A stretch of DNA of 64,000 nucleotides, taken from positions 1 through 64,000 of the IMG/VR virus record IMGVR_UViG_3300032116_000065; one strand, 5' to 3'. Of the stretch, positions 44,489-54,512 are shown in pieces (positions within the stretch are counted from its first letter, which is position 1; every line of letters begins with the position of its first letter). A model generated the notes under the pieces. It was not told the origin of the DNA, made no database searches, and saw only the letters and a program-made list of their open reading frames with translations. The position numbers and the translations under genes were made by a program. This DNA comes from a virus.

Positions 44489-45991
44489 TCAAAGTCCTGT
44501 AATAATAATCGCTCCATTATTTCCTGATGCAGTACCAAGACCGCCATTACCAAACGTAGAAAGGAAGTTTGGTGATGTATTTGGACTCCATCGATAATTC
44601 GCTTGTTGCGTATTTCCGCTCGTGACAACGTTAGTATTTATGTACCCCGAACCGCCGCCTCCACCGAAGCCGCCAGCATCACCGCCACCTTCACCGCCAC
44701 CCCAGTAACCACCACCGCCACCACCAGATCCCTGATCCCCACCGTTGTATGTACCGATACCACCATTACCAAACCCAACACCACCAGCGGCTGCTGGAGA
44801 ACCTGTATTACCACCACCACCATTTCTTCCTGATCCAGAAGCGCCAGTGCGGCGACCACCATTACCACCCGCTCCAGCAGCGGATTGTGTTCCACCATAA
44901 CCACCTGCTCCCACACTGAGAGCGTTTTGGCCAGTTGTGCCACCTCCACCACCACCGCCTCTAGCCTCTGCTGGACCACCACCTGCAGAACCGCCACCAC
45001 CACCAGCGACAATAATTGCAGTTGAGTTTGATTTAAATTCGATACCAGAGCCAGCACCAGCACCAGATGCTGCACGACCAGAAGGAGTGCTGGCGCCAGC
45101 AGAGCCAACAACTACATTATACTGAACTCCACTCTTAAAGGCAATTATTCCTGTTGAGTATCCACCGCCACCACCAGTTCCACTACCATATCCACCACCA
45201 CCCGCGCCCCAAACTTGAACATTGGCGCTGAAGTCGCCAAGAGGGGTGATTGTATACGCACCGTTTGTTGTAAGATTAAGCGTTGAGCCTGTTGTAAGAG
45301 CGATATTGCTTTGACCATTTACAGCAGGAGAAATCGAGAATGTGAACAAAATTCCAGTATAAGAGAATGCTCTTTCTGAATTTTGATTTTCTTGGTCGGT
45401 TGCGACAACAGAGAAATTGTAAGTTGTCTCTGCTCCTGGTGGAGAAGTTAATGTTCCACTAATTAATCCATTAGAAGCAAGACTTGTTCCTGCTGGTAGT
45501 GAACTTCCATTAGCCAGAGTATATGTGATTGTTGAGTCGGATATCGCTTCAAGTTGTTTGTTCATTCCAGCACTAACGACAAATTGACCTAATGATGATG
45601 AAGTTACCCATGCTGGATCGCCAGATACTTGAAATCTTGGGAATGTTCCAACACCACCATCAGAATTCACAACATATAATTGATAAAGACCCTGAGTCAA
45701 CGCAGGAGTTGTAAACGAGAGTGAGTTTGCATTTGCTCTAGAAACTGTTGGTGCTTCTGTTCCGCCAGAAATGGAGCCAATAAAAACTTTGACATTTGGA
45801 TTAAATCCTGTTCCAGTGACAGTGATTGTTTGTGCACCAACAGAATTAGCAGCAGTATCGTCACCAGGATAACCAACAGAAATAACTTTTGGTCCACCAC
45901 CTGCTTGAATGACAGCACTTACGTCATTTGCAAGTTTTGCTACAGTGACGGATCCAGGTACAATTGCTGTTCCAACTAATTTACCAGCCAT
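44489..45991 (-). CDS. fibre-tip/adhesin: anchor + IPT + Ig-like + glycine-rich domain
   Basis: Same architecture as 31332-32936. Confidence 0.82.
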   Translation of the reverse strand: MAGKLVGTAIVPGSVTVAKLANDVSAVIQAGGGPKVISVGYPGDDTAANSVGAQTITVTGTGFNPNVKVFIGSISGGTEAPTVSRANANSLSFTTPALTQGLYQLYVVNSDGGVGTFPRFQVSGDPAWVTSSSLGQFVVSAGMNKQLEAISDSTITYTLANGSSLPAGTSLASNGLISGTLTSPPGAETTYNFSVVATDQENQNSERAFSYTGILFTFSISPAVNGQSNIALTTGSTLNLTTNGAYTITPLGDFSANVQVWGAGGGGYGSGTGGGGGYSTGIIAFKSGVQYNVVVGSAGASTPSGRAASGAGAGSGIEFKSNSTAIIVAGGGGGSAGGGPAEARGGGGGGGTTGQNALSVGAGGYGGTQSAAGAGGNGGRRTGASGSGRNGGGGNTGSPAAAGGVGFGNGGIGTYNGGDQGSGGGGGGYWGGGEGGGDAGGFGGGGGSGYINTNVVTSGNTQQANYRWSPNTSPNFLSTFGNGGLGTASGNNGAIIITGL

Positions 45992-45992
45992 T

Positions 45993-48431
45993 TTATGTAA
46001 TCAAATATCGAACAATGACTATGCCAGATCCACCCAATCCACAAAGTTCTCCTGAACCACCCCAAGCACCACCACCACCACCACCAGTATTTGTAGTTCC
46101 ATCTGTTCCAGCAGTACCAGATCCAGAATTATATCTTCCGCCGCCACCACCGCCGCCCGCACCACCAATTGATAATAGTGGTGAATTTCCAGCGTGTCCA
46201 CCACCACCACCAGCATAGTAAGAAGGCGTTCCGCTGATTGTAGAAACTAATCCTGCTCCACCGCGACCTGTATTTGCGACTAGTGGAGCAGCCCCACTAT
46301 ATCCAGCCTCTCCTGCACCCCCTCCGCCACCGCCTCTTGCGCCAGTCCAGCTGCTGATATTTGTTCCACCAGCTCCACCAGCATTTCCTTGTCCTGGAGT
46401 TGCAGCGCCACCTGCGCCACCACTGCTTTCGCCCAAGCCACCGCCACCACCAGATCCTCCAGCAAGCCCTGCGTTTGCATTATACCATCCACCACCACCA
46501 CCGCCAGCAGCTTGAGTTATTCCTGTGATTGAACTATTTGCTCCATTTCCACCACTAGTGTATGATGATGTTCCTCTCGCTCCACCAGCACCAATTGTGA
46601 CAGTGTATGTTGTATTTGCAGTTGGAACAAATCCAGAACCTGTGACAACACCGCCACCACCACCGCCGCCGCCCCAACCACCACCGCCACCACCAGCAGC
46701 AACAATCAAATATTCAACGTTGAGGCTGTTTGGATTTGCATCAACTACAAATGATCCAGAAGAAGTGAACGTGTGTATCTTATAATTACCAGAATATGTG
46801 ATTGTTCCACCATTCGCTTTTAATGATGGATTAATTACAGTCAGACTAAATGTTTTTTCTGTATACTGTAATTCTGGATCAGGACCAGCCTGTACTGTGA
46901 AACTATATGTTGTTGATGCATTTGGTGGGTTTGTGATATTACCAGTTATTACACCATTTGATGCAAGATTTAATCCTGGAGGAAGTGCACCAGAAATAAG
47001 TGTATATGAAAGATTGCTCACAATGGTATCATTTTTTGGATACTTGATGTAAACAATACCAGAACCGCCAGCACCACCAACAGCTTGGTGACCGCCACCA
47101 CCACCACCACCGCCAGTGTTTGCTCCAGCAGCACCACCAGTACCAGCAACACCATTTGACCCATTTGACAGACCACCAAGACCACCAATACCTGCAGTGC
47201 CACCTGGCCAAGTGCTACCACCACCGCCACCACCATAACCACCTTTACCAGCTTGACCAGCAGTATGACTTCCGCCACCGCCACCACCAGCATAGTAATA
47301 TGATGTTCCAGAAATATTTGATGAATATCCATCGCCACCATGACCAGCACGAGTTCCACTCACAGCGTCGATTGTACCGTTAGCCATTCCAGCCAGTGAA
47401 GTGTTGCCACCAGCACCACCGCCACCACCAGCGTAGTATTGATCAGAGACTTGCGTTTCTGGTGAATTACCACCACGAGTTCCTCGTTGCCATGATGGAA
47501 TACCGATTGCATTTGCACCCAATGATTGTGGTGCGCCAGAGTAACGATATCTTGCAGCAGAACCACCACCGCTACCACCAATAGCAGCATTACCGCCAAC
47601 ATATGGAGGATCAGTTCTGTGACCTGACCCGCCTCCACCACCACCAACTGCAATGATCGTGTTTCCAAATGATGTATTTCCACCATTCGCACCAGCTGGT
47701 GGAGTTGATGCATATCCTGTTCCACCAGCACCACCTGCACCAATTGTGATTGTATAATTTGTAGCAGTCACTGTGACTGTGTTGGCAAGAACACCACCAC
47801 CGCCACCACCGCCACCCATGTCATTACCGCCACCGCCACCAGCAGCAACAACGAGATACTCTACTGCTCCGCCACCAAAAGAAACATTGAATGATGATGT
47901 AGATGTGAATGTATGAATAGTGTAGTTATTAATATTTGCAACTGTGCCACCAGTTGCATAAATTGGGGTTATATCTCCAGGATTATATGCAAACAATGGT
48001 GCAAGAGAAACATTAGTGTTTGGAGAAACAGTTCCAAGATTTGCACCAGTCAACCAAGTCGGTGTTCCAGATATTGTAATTCCTGGGAAATAGACTGCAG
48101 AGCCGCCGTCAGTATTCACGACATAAAACGGGACTGTCGGACCTTGTGTATTTGCAGGAACAGTAAAGGAAAGAGAATTGGCATTTGCGCGTGTAACCGT
48201 AGAAGAAACCACGCCATTAACATAAACTGTAACACCAGGATTAAAACCTGTGCCTGTAACAATAACTACAGAATTTCCAGTATTATCAGCAGCGAGTGCA
48301 TTATTAGCATATGCAATTGATAATACTTTTGGACCACCACCTTGCGCAATAACATCAGAAACATCTGATGCTAATTGCGTTGTGGTAATACTTCCATCAA
48401 CAATTGCATTTCCAGATAATTTGCCAGCCAT
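45993..48431 (-). CDS. fibre-tip/adhesin: anchor + IPT + two glycine-rich domains with an Ig-like segment
   Basis: Two GGT...Y.IHTFTS...VEYL.VAAGGGGG units. Confidence 0.85.
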   Translation of the reverse strand: MAGKLSGNAIVDGSITTTQLASDVSDVIAQGGGPKVLSIAYANNALAADNTGNSVVIVTGTGFNPGVTVYVNGVVSSTVTRANANSLSFTVPANTQGPTVPFYVVNTDGGSAVYFPGITISGTPTWLTGANLGTVSPNTNVSLAPLFAYNPGDITPIYATGGTVANINNYTIHTFTSTSSFNVSFGGGAVEYLVVAAGGGGGNDMGGGGGGGGVLANTVTVTATNYTITIGAGGAGGTGYASTPPAGANGGNTSFGNTIIAVGGGGGGSGHRTDPPYVGGNAAIGGSGGGSAARYRYSGAPQSLGANAIGIPSWQRGTRGGNSPETQVSDQYYAGGGGGAGGNTSLAGMANGTIDAVSGTRAGHGGDGYSSNISGTSYYYAGGGGGGSHTAGQAGKGGYGGGGGGSTWPGGTAGIGGLGGLSNGSNGVAGTGGAAGANTGGGGGGGGHQAVGGAGGSGIVYIKYPKNDTIVSNLSYTLISGALPPGLNLASNGVITGNITNPPNASTTYSFTVQAGPDPELQYTEKTFSLTVINPSLKANGGTITYSGNYKIHTFTSSGSFVVDANPNSLNVEYLIVAAGGGGGGWGGGGGGGGVVTGSGFVPTANTTYTVTIGAGGARGTSSYTSGGNGANSSITGITQAAGGGGGGWYNANAGLAGGSGGGGGLGESSGGAGGAATPGQGNAGGAGGTNISSWTGARGGGGGGAGEAGYSGAAPLVANTGRGGAGLVSTISGTPSYYAGGGGGHAGNSPLLSIGGAGGGGGGGRYNSGSGTAGTDGTTNTGGGGGGAWGGSGELCGLGGSGIVIVRYLIT

Positions 48432-48440
48432 ATGATTTCA

Positions 48441-49241
48441 TTAACTCCAATACTCTGTCAATACACCTGCACCACCTCCGCCACCACCGCCACCACCACC
48501 GCCTGATCCAGCGATGGAATCATCGATAACATTAACTGGTCGAATCTTTGTCTCAATTGCAATTGGTTCTCTGCGAGTGTTTATAACAACTGCTTTTCTT
48601 TGCTCATTAATTCGAGTTCGTTTAGGTTCTGCTCTACTTTGAACTTCAACTTGTTTGATTACACTATTATCAAGTTTAAGTTGAGATGTGTGTGGACTGT
48701 TATTTTTACTATCTTGAACAAATACATATCGTTCATTAATATTTGTCGGTTTTCTGTCAGTCGCAACGTTTCGATCTGAGATTATAACTAGTTTATCATT
48801 ATTTCTATATGGAATTCGATAACCAAATACTCGATTAGATTCTTCAACAACAACAGGTCTCACATACACAGCCACTTTAGACGATTCAGTTCGAACTTGA
48901 GTTGTAACTCGCGGATTAAATGTTGCATATTTTGGGCTATCTTCTACACTATTAACTAATCTTTCTGAGACAGAAAACGTTTTATATACCACATTACTTG
49001 TTTGTATTTGCGGTGTGCTGTTTACATAAACAGCAACAGTTGTAGTCGATCCAAAATTAGCTGGTATAGGAGAATTAACACCAATAATGGTTTTGGTGTT
49101 AATCGGAACACTGGTTCTACCAGGAGATACAGAAGATTTAACAACAATTGAGACAACCGAACCTAACTTAATTACATTATTAGATGCAAAAACAGTTAGG
49201 TTCGGCTGATATGAGTTAAATCGTGTATCAACTAATGCCAT
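48441..49241 (-). CDS. Val/Ser/Arg-rich beta-type hypothetical protein
   Basis: Coupled ORF; poly-Gly linker before terminal EYWS. Confidence 0.7.
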   Translation of the reverse strand: MALVDTRFNSYQPNLTVFASNNVIKLGSVVSIVVKSSVSPGRTSVPINTKTIIGVNSPIPANFGSTTTVAVYVNSTPQIQTSNVVYKTFSVSERLVNSVEDSPKYATFNPRVTTQVRTESSKVAVYVRPVVVEESNRVFGYRIPYRNNDKLVIISDRNVATDRKPTNINERYVFVQDSKNNSPHTSQLKLDNSVIKQVEVQSRAEPKRTRINEQRKAVVINTRREPIAIETKIRPVNVIDDSIAGSGGGGGGGGGGGAGVLTEYWS

Positions 49242-50953
49242 TAGATGTCGACACTGGCAATAATATTATTCAATCCACCACCAGAAATTGTAATCGAAAT
49301 CTGCGTATTTGTTGAGTTACTTGTTGTCACTGTTGTATTCTTACTATTGCTTGCAGTGAAAATCATTCCATTCCCATCAATAGAGAGAGATACATTTGCT
49401 GCAACACGTTCGCCATTGCTATTATAAGCATTGACATTCGCAGTTGTAGAGATTGAATTTCCAGTATAAACATAACTTGTATTTGCCATCAATACACTAA
49501 TTGTAATTGGTAACGTTGGCGTAATTGCGTGGATCGTATGATATCCCTTTTCGCGGCTTGAACCCCAAAGACGATTCGTTTGATCCAATCCAATCATTCT
49601 AAACTCAGTAGGATAAGTTCCAGTTGCAACCCATCCATCAGTTGAATTAAATGTATAGAATTTTAAACTTCCAGTAATCGGAACTGCCATTTGAGTTCCA
49701 GCATCATTCATCGGCATCAATCCTCTTGGAATATCATTGACGCTAGAGAATGTAACTTTACTGTGGAAGGTTAGAACATCATCACCAGTTCCAGAACCAA
49801 TTGAATATGTCATCATGGTTCTTTTTGCAGCACTACTCCAACGACTTGCACCACTACCAAATGCAGCAGATTTGTCTACGAGCCAAAATGTGATATAGTT
49901 TGTTCCGCCAACAGTAAACTGCCATGGCTGCATGCGCCAGCTATTACGTTGATATCCATCAGCACCATCAGTTGTATAAGCTGCAGCATGAGTTGCATAT
50001 GTTTCAGCACCAGAATAAGTCATTGTGCAGTTAGCTGCAGCAATAGAACCATCAGCAGGATTCCAAACGTAACGAACTGGAGACAATGCTACATACGTTC
50101 CTTCAAAATGACTACTGTAGAATACACGACGAGTTGCACTATCACGACGAATGTTACTTGGATAACTTCTCATGTAGTTGGTATTGTAATTTCTGTAACT
50201 ATTGCTTATGACTGTTGTTGATGCAGTTGAAGATGCATTTAGTTTATAAATGTTATATCTGCTAAATCCGCCATGCTCAACAGCAACAAAAAACAAGAAT
50301 CCCGCATCGTCACGACCCATAAAGAAAAAGCGATAGTTTTGCATGTCTAGCGGACGAGTTACACCAGAAGGAGTTCCCGCCTCATAACCTGACCAAGTTA
50401 CTACACGATCAAACTCTGGACGACTACTGTGAAATCCCCACATTCTATTATTTGACACATCTTCAAATATGAATTGACTTGGTGCACCTTCATAATTACC
50501 TGACTGATAAGATGTTCCTAATGTTGCATCATCAGCAACTACGTGAATATTGTTATAATTGTCACCACTGTTAATGGTGGTTCTTCCAGGAATTGAATAA
50601 TAAGACTTTCCACCAGCAGTTTTCCAACCTTTTCTTACTGGAAAATTTGGAAAATCCATTGAACGCCAGCGAGTATCTATGAAGCCAGTATCATAGTGTT
50701 GGGAATCACCATTACCCCAAGATTGATCAACACCTTTAGATAAAACCATTGGACCAAAGTCTACAAAACTGTCTGGGCTCGTAAAGGTATACAATTCATT
50801 ATGATTGAAATGATACTTTTGCATCCAAAGGGGTGAAAGTGTGTTGGTGTCATAACCCTGACCTTCGATGAAGATTCGGCTTCTAGAAAGATTCGCGTCT
50901 TCAATGAGCGCGAACATATTAGTATTTGTTCTGTTTACTGCTATTTCTGGCAT
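49241..50953 (-). CDS. aromatic-rich beta protein, possible receptor-binding head
   Basis: 570-aa ORF with Ig-like C-terminus; position in the fibre cluster. Confidence 0.7.
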   Translation of the reverse strand: MPEIAVNRTNTNMFALIEDANLSRSRIFIEGQGYDTNTLSPLWMQKYHFNHNELYTFTSPDSFVDFGPMVLSKGVDQSWGNGDSQHYDTGFIDTRWRSMDFPNFPVRKGWKTAGGKSYYSIPGRTTINSGDNYNNIHVVADDATLGTSYQSGNYEGAPSQFIFEDVSNNRMWGFHSSRPEFDRVVTWSGYEAGTPSGVTRPLDMQNYRFFFMGRDDAGFLFFVAVEHGGFSRYNIYKLNASSTASTTVISNSYRNYNTNYMRSYPSNIRRDSATRRVFYSSHFEGTYVALSPVRYVWNPADGSIAAANCTMTYSGAETYATHAAAYTTDGADGYQRNSWRMQPWQFTVGGTNYITFWLVDKSAAFGSGASRWSSAAKRTMMTYSIGSGTGDDVLTFHSKVTFSSVNDIPRGLMPMNDAGTQMAVPITGSLKFYTFNSTDGWVATGTYPTEFRMIGLDQTNRLWGSSREKGYHTIHAITPTLPITISVLMANTSYVYTGNSISTTANVNAYNSNGERVAANVSLSIDGNGMIFTASNSKNTTVTTSNSTNTQISITISGGGLNNIIASVDI

Positions 50954-50965
50954 TGCTATGACTCC

Positions 50966-51160
50966 TTATTCTGCAGGTGGTGTTTCTTCTGTAACACCAT
51001 TCATTGTTTTTACTGTTTCCCACCACGCCATGGCTTCTGCTTCATCTGCCCACGCTGGCTGATCACCAGTAGAAGTAGGTTTAAATGGTTGATATACGAT
51101 GACTTGATCATCATTTAGAGCTTCAAAAGCACCGCCGACAAAACGAGTTGTAATTGCCAT
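50966..51160 (-). CDS. small fibre-associated protein
   Basis: YQPF.P...W..EAEA.AW. Confidence 0.65.
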   Translation of the reverse strand: MAITTRFVGGAFEALNDDQVIVYQPFKPTSTGDQPAWADEAEAMAWWETVKTMNGVTEETPPAE

Positions 51161-51162
51161 GT

Positions 51163-52821
51163 TTAGTTCCTAGTATACAAGAAAGTTACAGTAAGGTCTG
51201 CTCCAGGGACACCTGATCCTGCAGCTGCAGTATCAACAGTTATATAGTCTCCATTATTTATATTTGCAGCAACGTTATAGGTTTCAGAGGATGATTGAGT
51301 TGATGTAATATTTAAGGTGATAAAGTTAGCACCATTTTTCACAATAACAAATCGTGCATTCGATCCTGCAGGAGCAGTTTCTAATCTTGCCTTTACAGAG
51401 GTGAGAGTTATGTTTCCTGGAACGTACCATTTTTGAGTTCCAGCACTGACTGTTAACGTCCCTGTTTTATGAAAGTGGCGCTCAAAGGTTGGTTTATTTG
51501 CTACAATTCGAGCATCAGCCTGACCCGCAACCCAGTTGATAAACTCTGAGGTTGTATTTGCATAATCGACAAAGTTCTTTGGAATCCATTTACCTGTTAT
51601 TTCGTCTTTCCAAAGGAAAGACATCGCGAGATCGCCAGCAATTGGATCGTCTATAATAATCTCATTATACATTCCATTTTTAAGATGCTGCAAATATACC
51701 TTTGGAATACCATTTCCAGATAGATTAACTTGTAAATCTCGTACGATAATATTACCACGCATTGCTGCGTGATTCCCACATTGATAATGGAGAGTGTTCG
51801 GAGCATTATTTGCGACAATCCAAGTGAGAGTATTCCCAGAAGTTGCTCTACTATTTGAAATGCCAGTTGTATACTCACCGACATACGCACCAGACGAAAA
51901 GCTGTTTGCGTTACTTGTCGTAATATACAGTGGATGATTTGATTCGCTTCCAGTTACTTGAAAACGATAAGTTCCACCGCGATAAACAATCACTTCTTCA
52001 TTAAAGTTGTGGCTCTCATCGACATGCCAGTGCGCAGGGGCAGCTGCATTTCCTTGATGACTCATCATTCCTTCAAATGTAATGTTCACATTTGGTGCAT
52101 TGAGAGTTGGAGAAACTGCACCGAAAGTCTCTGGAATGTTCCAGGTTAAAGTTTGTACAGTATTCCCATTAATAGTTGTATTTCCATAAACAACACCATC
52201 AACTAGATTACCATTACCAGCGCCAGGAATCCACTTAATAAACGCATTGTGAATATGAGTTGCGTTAGCAACAGCGGTCACATTTAAATTACTTGCTTTA
52301 TTTGTCCAGACATATCTACCTTTCTTGTGAATGGTGATGGCTGGATCTAAAGTATTTGACGTGAGTGTTCGATTATATGGATTTCCATTTGAAAGCCAAG
52401 ACCATGACCATGATCCTGTTGAACCAATACCATGCGAATCAAGTGTAAAATTTAATATTTCTGGAGGAAACTTATCAACAGAACTCAGGTCAGCAATATC
52501 TCCTCCAAACCCAACATTCGAAGAAACTGCAGTTTGAATTTCTGCAATATTGATTTCACCATTCGTTGTATTCGAAGTAGCAGTCTTACCTTCTGCAGTA
52601 ATAATCAACGCCTTTGGACTTGGTGTATTTGCAGTTGGTTTGCCAACAATGGCAACAGTTCCTGTATTTGCATCAATAGAGAGTTTAGCACCACCTAAAT
52701 TAATCGTGCTACCGCTGAGATACATATCGCGAAAACGACCATTAGCAGTTCCAATATCAAACAACTCATTGTTTGCTGGAGTAAGGTGACCATCAATGAT
52801 TGTATTTTTCAGTAATGCCAT
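51163..52821 (-). CDS. structural protein with cupredoxin-like domain
   Basis: RGGTYRF...NHPLYI...LHYQCGNHAAMRG. Confidence 0.75.
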   Translation of the reverse strand: MALLKNTIIDGHLTPANNELFDIGTANGRFRDMYLSGSTINLGGAKLSIDANTGTVAIVGKPTANTPSPKALIITAEGKTATSNTTNGEINIAEIQTAVSSNVGFGGDIADLSSVDKFPPEILNFTLDSHGIGSTGSWSWSWLSNGNPYNRTLTSNTLDPAITIHKKGRYVWTNKASNLNVTAVANATHIHNAFIKWIPGAGNGNLVDGVVYGNTTINGNTVQTLTWNIPETFGAVSPTLNAPNVNITFEGMMSHQGNAAAPAHWHVDESHNFNEEVIVYRGGTYRFQVTGSESNHPLYITTSNANSFSSGAYVGEYTTGISNSRATSGNTLTWIVANNAPNTLHYQCGNHAAMRGNIIVRDLQVNLSGNGIPKVYLQHLKNGMYNEIIIDDPIAGDLAMSFLWKDEITGKWIPKNFVDYANTTSEFINWVAGQADARIVANKPTFERHFHKTGTLTVSAGTQKWYVPGNITLTSVKARLETAPAGSNARFVIVKNGANFITLNITSTQSSSETYNVAANINNGDYITVDTAAAGSGVPGADLTVTFLYTRN

Positions 52822-52822
52822 C

Positions 52823-54496
52823 TTATTTGTTCTCTAATTTCTTAACTTGTTCTTCTAACTGCTTTATAGCCTCAATCAAATACGCAGTAATTTTAGTATA
52901 ATATACACCAATTGGTTTTCCATCTTCATCATAAGAGACCAGTGTTGGAGCAACAGTCGCTACTTGTTCTGCAATCAATCCTGCTTCTAATTTCTCATGG
53001 TCTATCTTATTATAAGTTACACCGAGTAACTGCTTAATAACTGATAGTGCATCATTAATCGGATTAATATTTTCTTTAATTGCAATTGTTGATGTTTCAA
53101 CTAGATTATTACAACTAACTTCTCCAGTTACATAAACACTATTACCAACAGTAACGTTATTATTCGATACATTTGCAGTCAACGTAGAGGAAACAGAAAA
53201 TACGTTTCCATTTAAATTAAAGGTTAGATTAGATACACTTTTTGGCGACCCATCAAGATTAAATACAATCTGAGTGTTTGAGGTGGTTGCGCTAATATTT
53301 GCAGTTCCTGCAGGACCAGAAGGACCTTGTGGTCCCTGTGGTCCTGCGCCTTCAATTGTATATGCATCAACAACTGAGTTTGCTTCTGGAGCAGAAACGA
53401 AAACAATTGTTGCATTATTAACAGAATAATCAACATTTCTTTGAAGAACACGATCAACAAATACAAGCACACCATTTGCATTATTTGGTGTGGTGCTTAA
53501 TACAAAATTAAGAGTATTGCCATCGCCAGTGAATATATCATATGTTGATGGGTTTCCGCGTGGACCTTGTGGTCCCTGAGGTCCAACCGATCCAGAAGAT
53601 CCTGATGGACCTGTTGGACCTTGAGGTCCAGAATCACCAATAGTATATGCAATAATCTTAGTATTTGCATCTGGTGCCACATTAAAAATCAATTCATCGT
53701 TATTAGCGAGTGTGTATGCTGCATTAGATTGTAAAATAGCATCAACGAAAATGAGTGTGTGATTTGCACTAGTTGGCGATACATTCAAAACATATGTTGT
53801 TGTATTTCCATCGCCAGTGAACACATCTCGAAATGCTCCTGGATTGCCAGTACCAATACCAGCAGCACCTGTTGGTCCAGAAGGACCTTGTGGACCTTGT
53901 GGACCAAAGTTTCCTTGAGGACCTTGCGGACCAACAACACCTTGCGGACCCTGCGGACCTGAATCACCAATTGTGTAAACAATTATATCAGAATTGGTTG
54001 GTGGTGGTGATGTGAATTCTATATTTGCATTTACAACGTTGTAAGATGTATTCGTTTGAAGAATGTAATTAATAAAGACTAATGTGTGATTTTCATTCGT
54101 TGGCGTCACATTCAATGAATAGATGGATGTATTACCATCACCAACAAAGATATCTCGCGTGGATCCAGGATTACCTGTACCCGATCCACCACCACCTCCA
54201 CCGCCAAGACTTGTAAATGCTACATTAGTAATTCCATTAGTATTTGATACGGCAACTGTTACTGTTGCTGTATTAATAAAATTGATTGTGTTGGTTAGTG
54301 TATTCGATGCGCTGTTTGCAGTGATGTATAAATCTGCACCAGCACCAGCTGGACCTGATGGTCCTTGTGGTCCTTGAGGACCAGCATCTGGTGTTTGACC
54401 TAAAGACGTCCAAGACTCACCATCCCACTGCCAGGTGTTACCACCGTAGGAATATGTGTCATTTAGACTTGGTGAATTTGGAAAATTAATTGCCAT
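52823..54496 (-). CDS. collagen-like fibre with three GDGNT domains and C-terminal S74-type intramolecular chaperone
   Basis: GPQ triplets; S....KENI.PI..AL...GLIAEQV...Y.K....LIEAIKQL. Confidence 0.85.
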   Translation of the reverse strand: MAINFPNSPSLNDTYSYGGNTWQWDGESWTSLGQTPDAGPQGPQGPSGPAGAGADLYITANSASNTLTNTINFINTATVTVAVSNTNGITNVAFTSLGGGGGGGSGTGNPGSTRDIFVGDGNTSIYSLNVTPTNENHTLVFINYILQTNTSYNVVNANIEFTSPPPTNSDIIVYTIGDSGPQGPQGVVGPQGPQGNFGPQGPQGPSGPTGAAGIGTGNPGAFRDVFTGDGNTTTYVLNVSPTSANHTLIFVDAILQSNAAYTLANNDELIFNVAPDANTKIIAYTIGDSGPQGPTGPSGSSGSVGPQGPQGPRGNPSTYDIFTGDGNTLNFVLSTTPNNANGVLVFVDRVLQRNVDYSVNNATIVFVSAPEANSVVDAYTIEGAGPQGPQGPSGPAGTANISATTSNTQIVFNLDGSPKSVSNLTFNLNGNVFSVSSTLTANVSNNNVTVGNSVYVTGEVSCNNLVETSTIAIKENINPINDALSVIKQLLGVTYNKIDHEKLEAGLIAEQVATVAPTLVSYDEDGKPIGVYYTKITAYLIEAIKQLEEQVKKLENK

Positions 54497-54512
54497 ATGC
54501 TATTTATTTTTG

